From: Macrostomum lignano
Taxonomy: Eukaryota
Direction: 5' to 3'
Assembly (NCBI GenBank): GCA_002269645.1
Contig: NIVC01004427.1
Location: 1 to 46,400, forward strand
DNA length: 46,400 bases
Both the position numbers and the translations under genes were made by a program. The stretch's first letter is position 1. Every line of letters begins with the position of its first letter. Below, piece after piece: positions 24,467 to 37,311 of this stretch. A model generated the notes under the pieces. It was not told the origin of the DNA. It searched no databases and worked only from the letters and a program-made list of their open reading frames with translations.

Positions 24467-25627
24467 CTAGAGAAAAGCAGTACAATAGTTTACTCAGTAA
24501 AGAAAGCGCAGTGATGAAGAGCAAGCAGGCCAGAAGCCCACAGCCTACAAGACGATAAACTGAGGCATTCAGCTGCACGAGAGCTGGGCTGGCTTCATGC
24601 ATTGTGCATACAATGTATTAGAATAAACTACACAAGAAATTCAAGCTTTGGAAGCTCCAGCCCAAGAAATAGTTTCTTCCCAACCGAGCGGCTGGGACCC
24701 GCAGGCTCAGGCCGTGAGATTCAGACGGTAGCTTGCGGTCATTCATCGCTGGTCTTTATCCATCAATTTGCGCTCTTGAAGCCTCGCTTCCTTTCTTCCT
24801 TCCTCCCGAGGCCAGCTCACAAAAGCAGGCTCACGTTGCTGGAAAAATCCCTCCCTCGTTGGTTTCCCTTCGCCTCATCCCATTGTCTGGGGAGATGGGG
24901 AGGGGGGCTGAGAGCGCTGGCTCATCAGATGGAGAAGCATTAAGAGGAGAAGAGGCGGAAGCGTGCTGAGGGACTGAATGAATGGTGCGTCAGTGCCACT
25001 GGTATATAAAGTGATTAGTAGATGAGCTCCGTCACACTTGGCTCCAACTCAAGCCTCTCTCTCGCCCTCTCTTTCTCTTTGACAAACTTCGCTTTCTCCT
25101 AAGCCCCTTCAAGCCGTCCGAAGTCACGCACTGTCCATTAAGCTTGCTTCAAGAACGGGAGAAAAAAGAAAGCTAGGCTCGTTCCTTTAAAACATCTCTT
25201 TTTGCCACTTTTCCGTCTCTATGCCTGTCCAGTGACGCGGTGGAAGTGAAAGTGCCTGGACCGCCAGGTGCCTCGGGTAGTCTTGGTAAATTGAATTCCC
25301 AAGAAAAGTTTATTTGTGCCTATAACTCAGGGCGCCGGCCGGTGCATTGCTTGGACAAAAGCCACTGATTGCTGGCAGGGCTGCTCACTGAGCAGCTAAG
25401 CAAACAGGAGGCGCCTTGTGAAAAATCATCACTGTACAGCGGCATTCCGAGCAGAGTAACCGTTTTTTTCGAATCAAGCAATAAGCGTGTTTGACAAAAT
25501 CATTTTAGAGGTCATCTCTAGATCCTCTAGACCAGGCGCTGACCGTAATATAGCCCGAGGGAGCTTCAAAGTACTTTCCTGATGACTAGTTTATGACTGC
25601 TGTCTGCCTCCTGGTCTGTACGAGTAA

Positions 25628-26448
25628 TCTTGTCTGCCTGTCTTATTTGTCTGCCTGTCTTATTTGTCTGCCTGTCTTATTTGTCTGCCTGTCTTATTTG
25701 TCTGCCTGTCTTATTTGTCTGAATGTCCACCAGTCTCAGTGTCCATCAGTCTCAGTGTCCATCAGTCTCAGTGTCCACCAGTCTCAGTGTCCATCAGTCT
25801 CAGTGTCCATCAGTCTCAGTGTCCATCAGTCTCAGTGTCCACCAGTCTCAGTGTCCATCAGTCTCAGTGTCCACCAGTCTCAGTGTCCATCAGTCTCAGT
25901 GTCCACCAGTCTCAGTGTCCACCAGTCTCAGTGTCCACCAGTCTCAGTGTCCATCAGTCTCAGTGTTTATCAGTCTCAGTGTCCACCAGTCTCAGTGTCC
26001 ATCAGTCTCAGTGTCCACCAGTCTCAGTGTCCATCAGTCTCAGTGTCCACCAGTCTCAGTGTCCATCAGTCTCAGTGTTTATCAGTCTCAGTGTTTATCA
26101 GTCTCACTGTTTATCAGTCTCACTGTTTATCAGTCTCACTGTTTATCAGTCTCACTGTTTATCGGTCTCACTGTTTATCAGTCTCAGTGTTTATCGGTCT
26201 CACTGTTTATCAGTCTCAGTGTTTATCAGTCTCAGTGTTTATCGGTCTCACTGTTTATCAGTCTCACTGTTTATCAGTCTCAGTGTTTATCGGTCTCACT
26301 GTTTATCAGTCTCAGTGTTTATCAGTCTCAGTGTTTATCAGTCTCACTGTTTATCAGTCTCAGTGTTTATCGGTCTCACTGTTTATCAGTCTCAGTGTTT
26401 ATCAGTCTCACTGTTTATCAGTCTCAGTGTCCATCAGTCTCAGTGTTT
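25628..26448. repeat. Compound minisatellite: 17-bp TCTTATTTGTCTGCCTG (~5 copies), then 16-bp (CC/TT)A(T/C)CAGTCTCA(G/C)TGT (~45 copies)
   Basis: Direct periodicity; the unit sequence drifts along the array. Confidence 0.93.
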
Positions 26449-27174
26449 GTCTATCGGAGTGTTTTAGTAGCGGATGTGTTGGCTTCCAGCCTACTTAGTT
26501 GCCTTGGTGTCCCAGCACCCGTCTATCCAATTACTGAATGTGCGTGGCGTCTGTGCCCGAGAGAATGCGGAAGCAGCGATAGCAAAGAAAGGGAGGTGTG
26601 AGAAAATCAAAAGGAGCCGATGAGGGAAGGCTAATATAGTTTAGTAACGACGCACTTCCTATGTTAAATTTGTCGACAAAGTTGAGACACTCCTTCAGTT
26701 AAACTAAGCATTAATCAAACTTTAGCTGAGTTCGCGATCCATTTAATCCGCCTTAAAAGGTTCTTTAAATTTTCCTCACTCTGATTTTGCTATATAGGAG
26801 GCTTCCATCATTTCCCGTTGACTTCAGCACGCTGGAGTTCAAGTGCGGCGGTACTTAAAAAAGTACGAGTATACTAGCCTCTCTCTCTCATGGTTCATGA
26901 TCGTCTCATGCTAAGCGAGGGATCAGGAGGCCCTGGAGGCTGATCGAGGCCACTGCTGAATTCCCGAGATAATTGGCCACTCAGCAATCAAGCTGGCATT
27001 AGAGCGGGTGGCCAGAGAGTTTATAAAGTGGCACCGGCCGAGACTGTCTTTTAGTTGGCCAGAATATTAGAGAGGAACGCGTTTTATCAATTCAGTGTCC
27101 ACTTTATCGAACGGTATGGAGCCATATGGATTGAGAATTTTATCAGATTGCATTGGAGCGGAAATATCGAAATT

Positions 27175-27456
27175 CAGTCTGAGGCGCATGGATACTGGCT
27201 ACTGGATAGTCAGTCTGAGGCGCATGGATACTGGCTACTGGATAGTCAGTCTGAGGCGCATGGATACTGGCTACTGGATAGTCAGTCTGAGGCGCATGGA
27301 TACTGGCTACTGGATAGTCAGTCTGAGGCGCATGGATACTGGCTACTGGATAGTCAGTCTGAGGCGCATGGATACTGGCTACTGGATAGTCAGTCTGAGG
27401 CGCATGGATACTGGCTACTGGATAGTCAGTCTGAGGCGCATGGATACTGGCTACTG
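27175..27456. repeat. Minisatellite, 36-bp unit CAGTCTGAGGCGCATGGATACTGGCTACTGGATAGT, ~8 copies
   Basis: Perfect periodicity; source of the SQSEAHGYWLLD pseudo-ORF. Confidence 0.95.
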
Positions 27457-27490
27457 CATGGTCAATCTGAGTCACACGGAAGCTCAACCT

Positions 27491-27742
27491 TCTGAGGCGC
27501 ATGAATAGCCAATCTGAGGCGCATGAATAGCCAATCTGAGGTGCATGAATAGCCAATCTGAGGCGCATGAATAGCCAATCTGAGGCGCATGAATAGCCAA
27601 TCTGAGGCGCATGAATAGCCAATCTGAGGCGCATGAATAGCCAATCTGAGGCGCATGAACAGCCAATCTGAGGCGCATGAACAGCCAATCTGAGGCGCAT
27701 GAACAGCCAATCTGAGGCGCATGAATAGCCAATCCGAAGCGC
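27491..27742. repeat. Minisatellite, 22-bp unit TCTGAGGCGCATGAA(T/C)AGCCAA, ~11 copies
   Basis: Direct periodicity; shares the TCTGAGGCGCATG core with the adjacent 36-mer. Confidence 0.94.
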
Positions 27743-28366
27743 TCTGAGAAATGATTCCTTTTCTCCCAGACTGCTCACAGCAGACAGCGCCAGCCAGTTA
27801 TTAGTCAACCAGTGGAAAATAACGCAAATAAAACAGTAAGACAGTTTGGCTACAAATCAAATCACAAAGCCAAAAAGCAGCTCCGAGAGAGAAGATTTCG
27901 CCTAGTTAGGAAATTGGGATTATCAAGGATCTGGCGGGGAGACGGGGCATGCTGTAAGCTGGGCACTGACTAGCCAGCAATCTGGTCAGAGCTGGTTAAT
28001 CAGGGCGAGGAACTTGCAGCCCGGAGATGAGCGAGTGAGTGAGTGAGTGAAAGGAGCAAACTCGATTTGCGGTAGGCAAACTTGCCCAGCAACTGGCCAG
28101 CCACATTCTAGATACGCCCCAGCCCTATCCCAACAAAAATTTCAGTCCCATGGGGAGACGGCGCCTCTCTGCCTAGATGATGAGGTCCATTGGGATGGAA
28201 AAATTCTTGCCGAGGGACCAACTCGGCTTTGAGCTATGAGGCCAGACTCGGGCTCAAGTACAATAGATATTTCACCCAGTTCTGTACATGGCGTTGTGCC
28301 ACATGGTGATGGCGGTCTCTGGTGCGCCTGCTCACATTGAATTTTTGTCCTCAACCGTTAACTTTC

Positions 28367-29419
28367 TTATCTGCATCTCCAACTCTCTTTATCTGCATCT
28401 CCCCTCTCTTTATCTGCAACTCCAACTCTCTTATCTGCAACTCCAACTCTCTTATCTGCATCTCCAACTCTCTTTATCTGCATCTCCCCTCTCTTATCTG
28501 CATCTCCAACTCTCTTTATCTGCATCTCCAACTCTCTTTATCTGCATCTCCAACTCTCTTTATCTGCATCTCCAACTCTCTTTACCTGCATCTCCCCTCT
28601 CTTATCTGCATCTCCAACTCTCTTATCTGCATCTCCCCTCTCTTATCTGCATCGCCAACTCTCTTATCTGCATCTCCAACTCTCTTATCTGCATCTCCCC
28701 TCTCTTTATCTGCATCTCCCCTCTCTTATCTGCATCTCCAACTCTCTTATCTGCATCGCCAACTCTCTTATCTGCATCTCCCCTCTCTTATCTGCATCTC
28801 CCCTCTCTTATCTGCATCTCCCCTCTCTTTATCTGCATCTCCCCTCTCTTATCTGCATCTCCCCTCTCTTATCTGCATCTCCCCTCTCTTATCTGCATCT
28901 CCCCTCTCTTTATCTGCATCTCCTCTCTCTTATCTGCATCTCCCCTCTCTTATCTGCATCTCCCCTCTCTTTATCTGCATCTCCAACTCTCTTATCTGCA
29001 TCTCCAACTCTCTTATCTGCATCGCCAACTCTCTTATCTGCATCTCCAACTCTCTTATCTGCATCTCCCCTCTCTTTATCTGCATCTACCCTCTCTTATC
29101 TGCATCTCCAACTCTCTTATCTGCATCGCCAACTCTCTTATCTGCATCTCCAACTCTCTTTATCTGCATCTCCCCTCTCTTATCTGCATCTCCAACTCTC
29201 TTATCTGCATCTCCAACTCTCTTTATCTGCATCTACCCTCTCTTATCTGCATCTCCAACTCTCTTATCTGCATCGCCAACTCTCTTATCTGCATCTCCAA
29301 CTCTCTTTATCTGCATCTCCCCTCTCTTATCTGCATCTCCAACTCTCTTATCTGCATCTCCAACTCTCTTTATCTGCATCTCCCCTCTCTTATCTGCATC
29401 TCCCCTCTCTTATCTGCAT
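28367..29419. repeat. Pyrimidine-rich minisatellite, 20-23-bp unit TTATCTGCATCTCC(AA/C)CTCTC, ~50 copies
   Basis: Direct periodicity; the 382/387-aa ORFs are repeat translations. Confidence 0.95.
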
Positions 29420-29696
29420 TTCCCCAAGAAGAGTAAAAATTTAGAGAAGCCTCTACGAACCCCGCCAGAAAGTGATTTGCACTGATCATGAATTTTTAAT
29501 TAGCTTTCAATCACGCAAGCAAAACCCTGATTGGCTTGTCTCGCTAGAAATCAATTCATGCTTCTAGCTTATATTTCCAATTATTACAGAGACTGAAGCC
29601 TGGACAACATGAGAGCAATTTCCTTTGCAGAATTTTATCCAACTTTCGATCGAGATTTTCTGCTTCTGTAGCTCAGTTGTTAGCTGGAGTGCGAAA

Positions 29697-30134
29697 TCCA
29701 GTTGCTAAGCGGAAGGGAGGGTCCAGTTGCTAAGCGGAAGGGAGGGTCCAGTTGTTAAGCGGAAGGGAGGGTCCAGTTGTTAAGCGGAAGGGAGGGTCCA
29801 GTTGCTAAGCGGAAGGGAGGGTCCAGTTGCTAAGCGGAAGGGAGGGTCCAGTTGCTAAGCGGAAGGGAGGGTCCAGTTGCTAAGCGGAGAGGATGGTCCA
29901 GTTGCTAAGCGGAAGGGAGGGTCCAGTTGCTAAGCGGAAGGGAGGGTCCAGTTGCTAAGCGGAGAGGATGGTCCAGTTGCTAAGCGGAAGGGAGGGTCCA
30001 GTTGCTAAGCGGAAGGGAGGGTCCAGTTGCTAAGCGGAAGGGAGGGTCCAGTTGCTAAGCGGAGAGGATGGTCCAGTTGCTAAGCGGAAGGGAGGGTCCA
30101 GTTGCTAAGCGGAAGGGAGGGTCCAGTTGCTAAG
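29697..30134. repeat. Minisatellite, 25-bp unit GTCCAGTTGCTAAGCGGAAGGGAGG, ~17 copies
   Basis: Direct periodicity, with a recurring GGAGAGGATG variant. Confidence 0.95.
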
Positions 30135-30552
30135 GCAAGCAAATGAATGACTCATAAAAGCACTAAAGCACATGAAGTCAGCCAGTTTATAGAACAGGTT
30201 AATAAAACCAAATATAAATGTTTATAGCAGAGCCGGAGCAAACAGGTGCACAATATTATTAAGAGTAGAAAATCCGAATGACAAATACACTGCAAAACAA
30301 CACAAATAAAGATCTATCAGAGAAAAGAAATAAAAACGGTCAACAACTAACTGGTGGTCTCAGTGGCGAATCAGAGATATTTTAAGAATACATGTACAAG
30401 AAGGCAAGGCAAAGTGTCAGCTAGATAGCAACTAACGAAAAATCAATAAATCTATTAAGCTCGTGTAGTGTCGATATAAATGAGTGGCAGTTTTACATCC
30501 AACTCTAGCCACAACTATCCAGTCTCTCCTCACCAGCCCATAGATAGATAGA

Positions 30553-30850
30553 TAGTGGTTAGAGTGTCGGACTCACTACTGAAACGTCGGGGGTTCGATT
30601 CCCGATCCAACCAGGAACAATTTGTGTCCTTGAGCAAGGAACTTAACTCTGCATTGCTTCAGTTCACCCAGCTGTAAAATGGGTGCCAGCATTAGCTGGG
30701 GTAATTGAGGGTGTGTGTGGCGACCCCCCAGTCCTTGGACTGAACAGCCGTACGCAGCCTTCAGATGCGCCGCGCAATAGCTGCGGCTGAGCTGTCGGTT
30801 GCACACCTGGCCATTAGGGCCAGGTGTAATCAATTATTATTATTAAAAAA
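30553..30850 (+). mobile_element. tRNA-derived SINE with CORE (MIR-like) domain
   Basis: A-box-like TAGTGGTTAGAG (30553); B box GGTTCGATTCCC (30592-30603); central TGTGTCCTTGAGCAAGGAACTTAACTCT..CTTCAGTTCACCCAGCTGTAAAATGGG resembling the MIR/CORE consensus; perfect 10-bp hairpin at 30803-30827; (ATT)n/A tail. Confidence 0.85.
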
Positions 30851-31033
30851 TTTTTATATTGCTTTCAAAAGACGAATGTTCAATGAATGTCTATGGTCCA
30901 AGTTTGCTTCTGATTCCCTAATGGGCTAGAGAGCTGAGCCACAGACTGCACTAAATTTATGGATTATGAGTGGCGAGAGAGAGATCGGATGTATCCCCCA
31001 GTTGCACTGGTGCAGCAGTCTGTGGTTAAATTG

Positions 31034-31039
31034 TTTATT
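31034..31039 (-). promoter_or_regulatory. Putative polyadenylation signal (AATAAA) of CABLES
   Basis: TTTATT on +, about 130 nt downstream of the CABLES stop. Confidence 0.5.
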
Positions 31040-31166
31040 TCAGGTATTTGCACGGATTTATGCTAGACCGTGAGGCTCCATCCACATCTACCATAGACTA
31101 CCATAGGCACCCGGTCATAGCACGCAAAATTCACGCCAGGCCAATAATCAATAGCCTGTTGCCAGA

Positions 31167-31304
31167 TCAACCGCTGACAATGCGCTGCTGGTGCGACAGC
31201 ACCTCGTAATCCGGCACTGCCAGGCTGAACTCCAGGCCGAGCAGGGCCGCCATCTCCTGGGAGAGAATCTCCCGTCTAGACAGTCGGAAGGCGCTCTCCA
31301 GCTC
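31167..31304 (-). CDS. CABLES: CABLES exon 12 (last), end of cyclin-like domain
   Basis: ELESAFRLSRREILSQEMAALLGLEFSLAVPDYEVLSHQQRIVSG* parallels the CABLES C-terminus (LEEKFRLNRRELI..LEFAL..P..EV..H..R); acceptor CCAAG|. Confidence 0.9.
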   Translation of the reverse strand, partial: ELESAFRLSRREILSQEMAALLGLEFSLAVPDYEVLSHQQRIVSG

Positions 31305-31613
31305 CTTGGAGGGGGGGGAATGAATGGCATGCGCTGCATTTGCATTTCAGAATTGAGACTCGTGCGCATCGGAGGGGGGAAGATAAACGACGGGAAAGCG
31401 GGCAAACAGATCGATAATTATGGATTCGGTATGGGGGAGTTAGATGGGGGAGATAGATAGATAGATAGATAGATAGACGTTTGAAAAAACCTCTCACGCA
31501 GTGGCAGCTCTAACCAAGGTAAGTGAGAAATAAATAAGATAGTCACAAAGGTAAAAAAATATAAGAATTATGGTAAACCGATATTTCGGCCGTGAAATGG
31601 CCTTCGTCAGGGT

Positions 31614-32204
<591 letters not shown>

Positions 32205-32296
32205 TTGCTTGCCGCAGCCAATCAAGCTGAATGCACGCACACAAGATCACCGGAAACGATTAAGGCAGCTGGAAAGCCAATGGGCGCGAGAAAGCC

Positions 32297-32731
<435 letters not shown>

Positions 32732-32749
32732 AGCAATGTCCGCACTGAC

Positions 32750-32854
32750 CTGCAGCAACACAGTGAGGTCGGGCCCTTTGATGTCGTTGAGCTTGGCAGA
32801 GAGCACCAGAGACACGGCGCACGAGTGCCGCCTGTTGAGCTTGTTAACAAAGCC
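32750..32854 (-). CDS. CABLES: CABLES exon 11
   Basis: [35 protein letters not shown] (cf. GKLNKQNRKLCAGACVLLAAK); GCGCAG| acceptor, CAG|GTCAGT donor, 35 codons. Confidence 0.9.
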
Positions 32855-32947
32855 CTGCGCAGCATAAAGGATGGCCAGACGAGAAGTCAATCAATATTCG
32901 CAGGTGAAGCGGAAAATCGGGAGAAAATTACAATTTGAAAAGCGCAC

Positions 32948-33010
32948 CTTTAACGCCAGCTTATCAAAAAATACATATGCCTGAGCTACCGCCCAGGTGT
33001 CCAGGCCGGC
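32948..33010 (-). CDS. CABLES: CABLES exon 10
   Basis: AGLDTWAVAQAYVFFDKLALK (cf. TVAMAFVYFEKLALK); TTTCAG| acceptor, AAG|GTGCGC donor. Confidence 0.88.
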
Positions 33011-33063
33011 CTGAAAGGCGAGTGATGATAGAGAGTAAATGAGGGAGGGAGAGGGAGTGAGGG

Positions 33064-33308
33064 AGAGAGAGTAAGGTAGGAGGTTGAGAGAGTAAGGTAG
33101 GAGGGTGAAAGAGTGAGGTAGGAGGGTGAGAGAGTGAGGTAGGAGGGTGAGAGAGTGAGATAGGAGGGTGAGAGAGTAAGGTAGGAGGGTGAAAGAGTGA
33201 GGTAGGAGGGTGAGAGAGTAAGGTAGGAGGGTGAGAGAGTGAGGTAGGAGGGTGAAAGAGTGAGGTAGGAGGGTGAGAGAGTAAGGTAGGAGGGTGAGAG
33301 AGTGAGGT
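33064..33308. repeat. Purine-rich 21-bp minisatellite GAGAGT(G/A)AGGTAGGAGGGTGA, ~11 copies, CABLES intron 9
   Basis: Direct periodicity. Confidence 0.93.
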
Positions 33309-33597
33309 AAATGCCAAGCCCAGTACGCAGGCAGACAGGGTCAATGCTAAGACAGCCAGTGCCATATGAGGCACTGTGCCGCATCTGGAGTGCCAACATT
33401 AGGGTCTGTTCAAGTCAGCGCGCGCTATCAGAAGAGAAGGCTGGAGAACACTCGTAACAGATATCTGAAGAGTCTAGAGGGACGCATCTGACAGGTGGGA
33501 AAATTTTAATTGCTAAGGAATTCAAAGAAATCGAATCCGCGACCTCTAGGCGACAAAGCAAAGTACACAGGGCACTGTAGTAGCCCTAGACTCAGAC

Positions 33598-33738
33598 CTT
33601 CCTGCTGACGCGAAGAGCCACCGCCTTCAGACTGCGCAATTTGCTCAGCGTGAGCTGCACCTGAGGAAATCTGTCCCTAAATTGCTGGTTCAGGTCGCGC
33701 TTTAAATCGCTTGGCCGAACGTAGCTCAGCAAAGAGGT
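33598..33738 (-). CDS. CABLES: CABLES exon 9
   Basis: TSLLSYVRPSDLKRDLNQQFRDRFPQVQLTLSKLRSLK (cf. [34 protein letters not shown]), the most diagnostic CABLES block. Confidence 0.95.
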
Positions 33739-33927
33739 CTGCGGAGGCGAAGGGGCGTTGTGTGGCGCTTCGATCAATGTACATCACAGGGCTGCTCAGC
33801 TGGCAAATCTTTCTAATTACAGTGCTCTGATCGCCGCGAGTAATTAAGGCGCGAGTTATTCCCATACAGGAAGCAGAATAGAGTACGTGTAGAACTTACA
33901 ACTCATGCTGTCATGCATGATCCCAAA

Positions 33928-34490
33928 CCCACACACAAATTATAACCCACACCCACACTCACACTATACCCAAAGCCATACTAGATGTAACTCCCACACC
34001 ATACAAATACCACACCCACATACTAAATCCCACACTCACACACTAAATCCCACACCCTACCCTAAATCCCACACCCACACACTAAATCCCACACCCACAC
34101 ACTAAACCCCACACCCTACCCTAAATCCAACACTACACCAAATCCCACACCCTACCCTAAATCCCACACTCAGAAACTAAATCCCACACTCACATACTAA
34201 ATCCCACACTCACACTAAATCCCACACCCATACTAAATTTACCACACACTAAATCCCACACCCTACCCTGAATCCAACACCCTACACTAAATCCCACACC
34301 CTACCCTAAATCACACACCAACACACTAAATCCCACACCCTACCCTAAATCCCACACTCACATACTAAATCCCACACTCACACTAAATCCCACACCCATA
34401 CTAAATTTACCACATACTAAATCCCACACTCACACACTAAATCACATACCCTACCCTAAATCCAATACCCATACACTAAATCCCACAATG
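33928..34490. repeat. Degenerate TAAATCCCACAC(CC/TC)-type repeat, CABLES intron 8
   Basis: Recurring CTAAATCCCACAC motif at roughly 18-24-bp spacing. Confidence 0.85.
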
Positions 34491-34530
34491 CCACACTGGC
34501 ATGGCAACAAGAACCAGTCTAGCCACTAAC

Positions 34531-34634
34531 CCTGAACGATGAGAAGTTGAGCACAGTCCTGTGCTTGCCGCAGACCAGCTCAGGATTGTCCAACAGATGC
34601 GGATGATAAGCCACCAGCGGTGCGGACTCGGAAA
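34531..34634 (-). CDS. CABLES: CABLES exon 8
   Basis: AYHPHLLDNPELVCGKHRTVLNFSSF (cf. YDPNLLDDPQWPCGKHKRVLIFPSY); TAACAG| acceptor, AGG|GTTAGT donor. Confidence 0.92.
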
Positions 34635-35027
34635 CTGTTAGGGAATGGGCGAAAATGATTGTCTGCAATCGAGTGTAAGCCAGATTAGCAACCCTTAGTA
34701 AGCTTTAAGTTAATCGGGGCAAACTTAGCACAGCAAACAAAGGCTAATTGTAAACATCAGAATGAAATTATTTGTGAAAAAAATCTAATAGAAAAAAGAA
34801 TAAACATTCGATGAAAACTTCGAGAGAAAGTAATCTTGAGAAACAAATGTTTAAAATAAAATTGAATACAGGCAGTTGAAAATAAATAATAATAAACTTA
34901 TATTTACAATAAAGTACATTTGTCGATACTGTTTGCTAATTGAAAATCTTACACGCATCGAGTTGGTGATACCGCCTCATGCTGCTCCTGTGCGAGCCTG
35001 ATTGAATAGTTTTGTGTAAAGTTTAGC

Positions 35028-35330
35028 AGTGAGTGTACACAGGCACCCGGCTGTAAGTGTACACAGCACTCAGCTGTCAGGCTCTCAGCTGTGAGTGTAC
35101 ACAGGCACCCGGCTGTAAGTGTACACAGCACTCAGCTGTCAGGCTCTCAGCTGTGAGTGTACACAGGCACCCGGCTGTAAGTGTACACAGCACGCAGCTG
35201 TGAGTGTACACAGGCACTCAGCTGTCAGGCTCTCAGCTGTCAGGCTCTCAGCTGTCAGGCTCTCAGCTGTCAGGCTCTCAGCTGTCAGGCTCTCAGCTGT
35301 TAGTCTCTCAGCTGTGAGTGTACACAGGCA
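35028..35330. repeat. Compound repeat (~62-bp unit x2.5, then 15-bp CTCAGCTGTCAGGCT x5), CABLES intron 7
   Basis: Direct repeats visible in the sequence. Confidence 0.88.
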
Positions 35331-35404
35331 CTGTACATGTAGAGTCAACGTCAATGTACATTCCATAAGCTATTCATGAAGTCTAGTAGAGTCGAACTGC
35401 TCAC

Positions 35405-35618
35405 CAGAGGCCAATACAGCGGAACCATTTGCCTGCCCGGAGACAGCAGCCAGTTGGCTGTATTCGTCTGCAGATACGAACCGCTTGTAGGGCGTCAGGC
35501 CCCCGCTGATGCCGCTGCCGCTGCCGCTGCCGCTGCCGCCACTGCTGACGGACAGCTGGCCGTCTAGGTAGCGACGTCGCAGCGCAGAAGGTTGCAGCAG
35601 ATGGGCGTAGGAGACGTA
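35405..35618 (-). CDS. CABLES: CABLES exon 7
   Basis: YVSYAHLLQPS (conserved VSY..LL.P motif), then a Ser/Gly tract; CACAG| acceptor, TCTG|GTGAGC donor, phase 1. Confidence 0.85.
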
Positions 35619-35685
35619 CTGTGGGATACAGCGTGTTTTTGATGCTGCTAGGGAATTCGAGCTGAAGACTGCGGTGGCGGTGGCT

Positions 35686-35864
35686 CAGCAATTGAGGATC
35701 TGGGAGGCTGGCCCAGCAACTGAGGGATTTGGGAGGCTGGCCTAGCAACTGAGGGTCTGGGAGGCTGACCTAGCAACTGAGGATCTGGGAGGCTGGCCTA
35801 GCAACTGAGGATCTGGGAGGCTGGCCTAGCAACTGAGGATCTGGGAGGCTGGCCCAGCAACTGA
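35686..35864. repeat. 28-bp minisatellite AGCAACTGAGGATCTGGGAGGCTGGCC(T/C), ~6 copies, CABLES intron 6
   Basis: Direct periodicity. Confidence 0.9.
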
Positions 35865-35910
35865 GTACAACTCTAAGAACAGCAGGAGTCTCCTGAGCAC
35901 AATGGCAGAC

Positions 35911-36037
35911 CTGTCCCTCATCCAGACGCAGCTGGAAGGTGGGCAGCGAGGCGGTCAGGTCCAGTGTTGGCGAGGTGCTGCCGCTCAGCTGCTGCTGGCT
36001 CTGCCGCACTGCATCGGAGGCGGAGGCCGCGTCGCTT
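35911..36037 (-). CDS. CABLES: CABLES exon 6
   Basis: SDAASASDAVRQ..LRLDEGQ; TTTTAG| acceptor, CAG|GTCTGC donor; phases match both neighbours. Confidence 0.8.
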
Positions 36038-36422
36038 CTAAAAGAAGTTAGAAACAGAAAAACTTCAATATGAATTGGGCATAAGAAACGTAGGCTCTTT
36101 TTAGGACAATTTTTAGAATTCTGCGCCTTGGTCAAAGGAAAAGAAGAGTCGATACAAAAACAAAGGTGCTTGGCCCGCGTCTAAATTTATCGGTGACGTT
36201 AATGCTCAACAGCTGTCGCCTCTCACGCGCAGTCCCTAATCATTGTGCTGTCCGTTTGAGCATGCCAAAGAATAATTATCACCCCAATCTGTGACGATAA
36301 TTCTCAAAAAGACGGCTTTAAAAAAATAAATTAACTTCCTAAATAGTTTTAGACTCAGAGCTGCTTGCTTTTACTGCAGAAGGATTTGTCCGCGAACTTT
36401 TGACACAAACCTCGTAGTTTAG

Positions 36423-36542
36423 ACTAACTAACTAACTGACTAACTAACTAACTAACTAACTAACTGACTAACTAACTGGCTGACTGACTAACTAACTAAC
36501 TGACTAACTAACTAACTAACTAACTAACTGACTAACTAACTG

Positions 36543-36581
<39 letters not shown>

Positions 36582-36582
36582 G

Positions 36583-36629
<47 letters not shown>

Positions 36630-36734
36630 GACTAACTAACTAACTAACTGACTAACTAACTAACTGACTAACTAACTAACTAACTAACTAACTGACTAAC
36701 TAACTAACTAACTGACTAACTAACTAACTAACTG

Positions 36735-36777
<43 letters not shown>

Positions 36778-36778
36778 G

Positions 36779-36820
<42 letters not shown>

Positions 36821-36821
36821 C

Positions 36822-36879
<58 letters not shown>

Positions 36880-36890
36880 TTGACTAACTG

Positions 36891-36937
<47 letters not shown>

Positions 36938-36938
36938 G

Positions 36939-36989
<51 letters not shown>

Positions 36990-36990
36990 G

Positions 36991-37047
<57 letters not shown>

Positions 37048-37058
37048 TTGACTAACTG

Positions 37059-37101
<43 letters not shown>

Positions 37102-37102
37102 G

Positions 37103-37161
<59 letters not shown>

Positions 37162-37162
37162 G

Positions 37163-37251
<89 letters not shown>
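36423..37251. repeat. (TAAC)n microsatellite with TGAC variants, ~830 bp, CABLES intron 5
   Basis: Tetranucleotide periodicity. Confidence 0.96.
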
Positions 37252-37252
<1 letters not shown>

Positions 37253-37311
37253 CAAGTAGTTAGGTCAGGCATCAAACTACCTGTCCCCTCAGCAACAAAC
37301 CCAAACCCTAC

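Noticed and set aside
23767-29485. Long ORFs such as 25593-26498, 27055-27495, 28288-29436 and 28322-29485
   Set aside because: They are open only because the repeat units lack stops, and they translate to simple repeats.
14388-30134. Hammerhead-ribozyme satellites (as known in schistosomes)
   Set aside because: No CTGANGA...GAAA core was found by eye in any repeat unit on either strand; a covariance-model search would be decisive.
30553-30620. tRNA gene
   Set aside because: A and B boxes are present, but there is no complete cloverleaf or acceptor stem, and it continues into a CORE domain and tail, so it is a SINE head.
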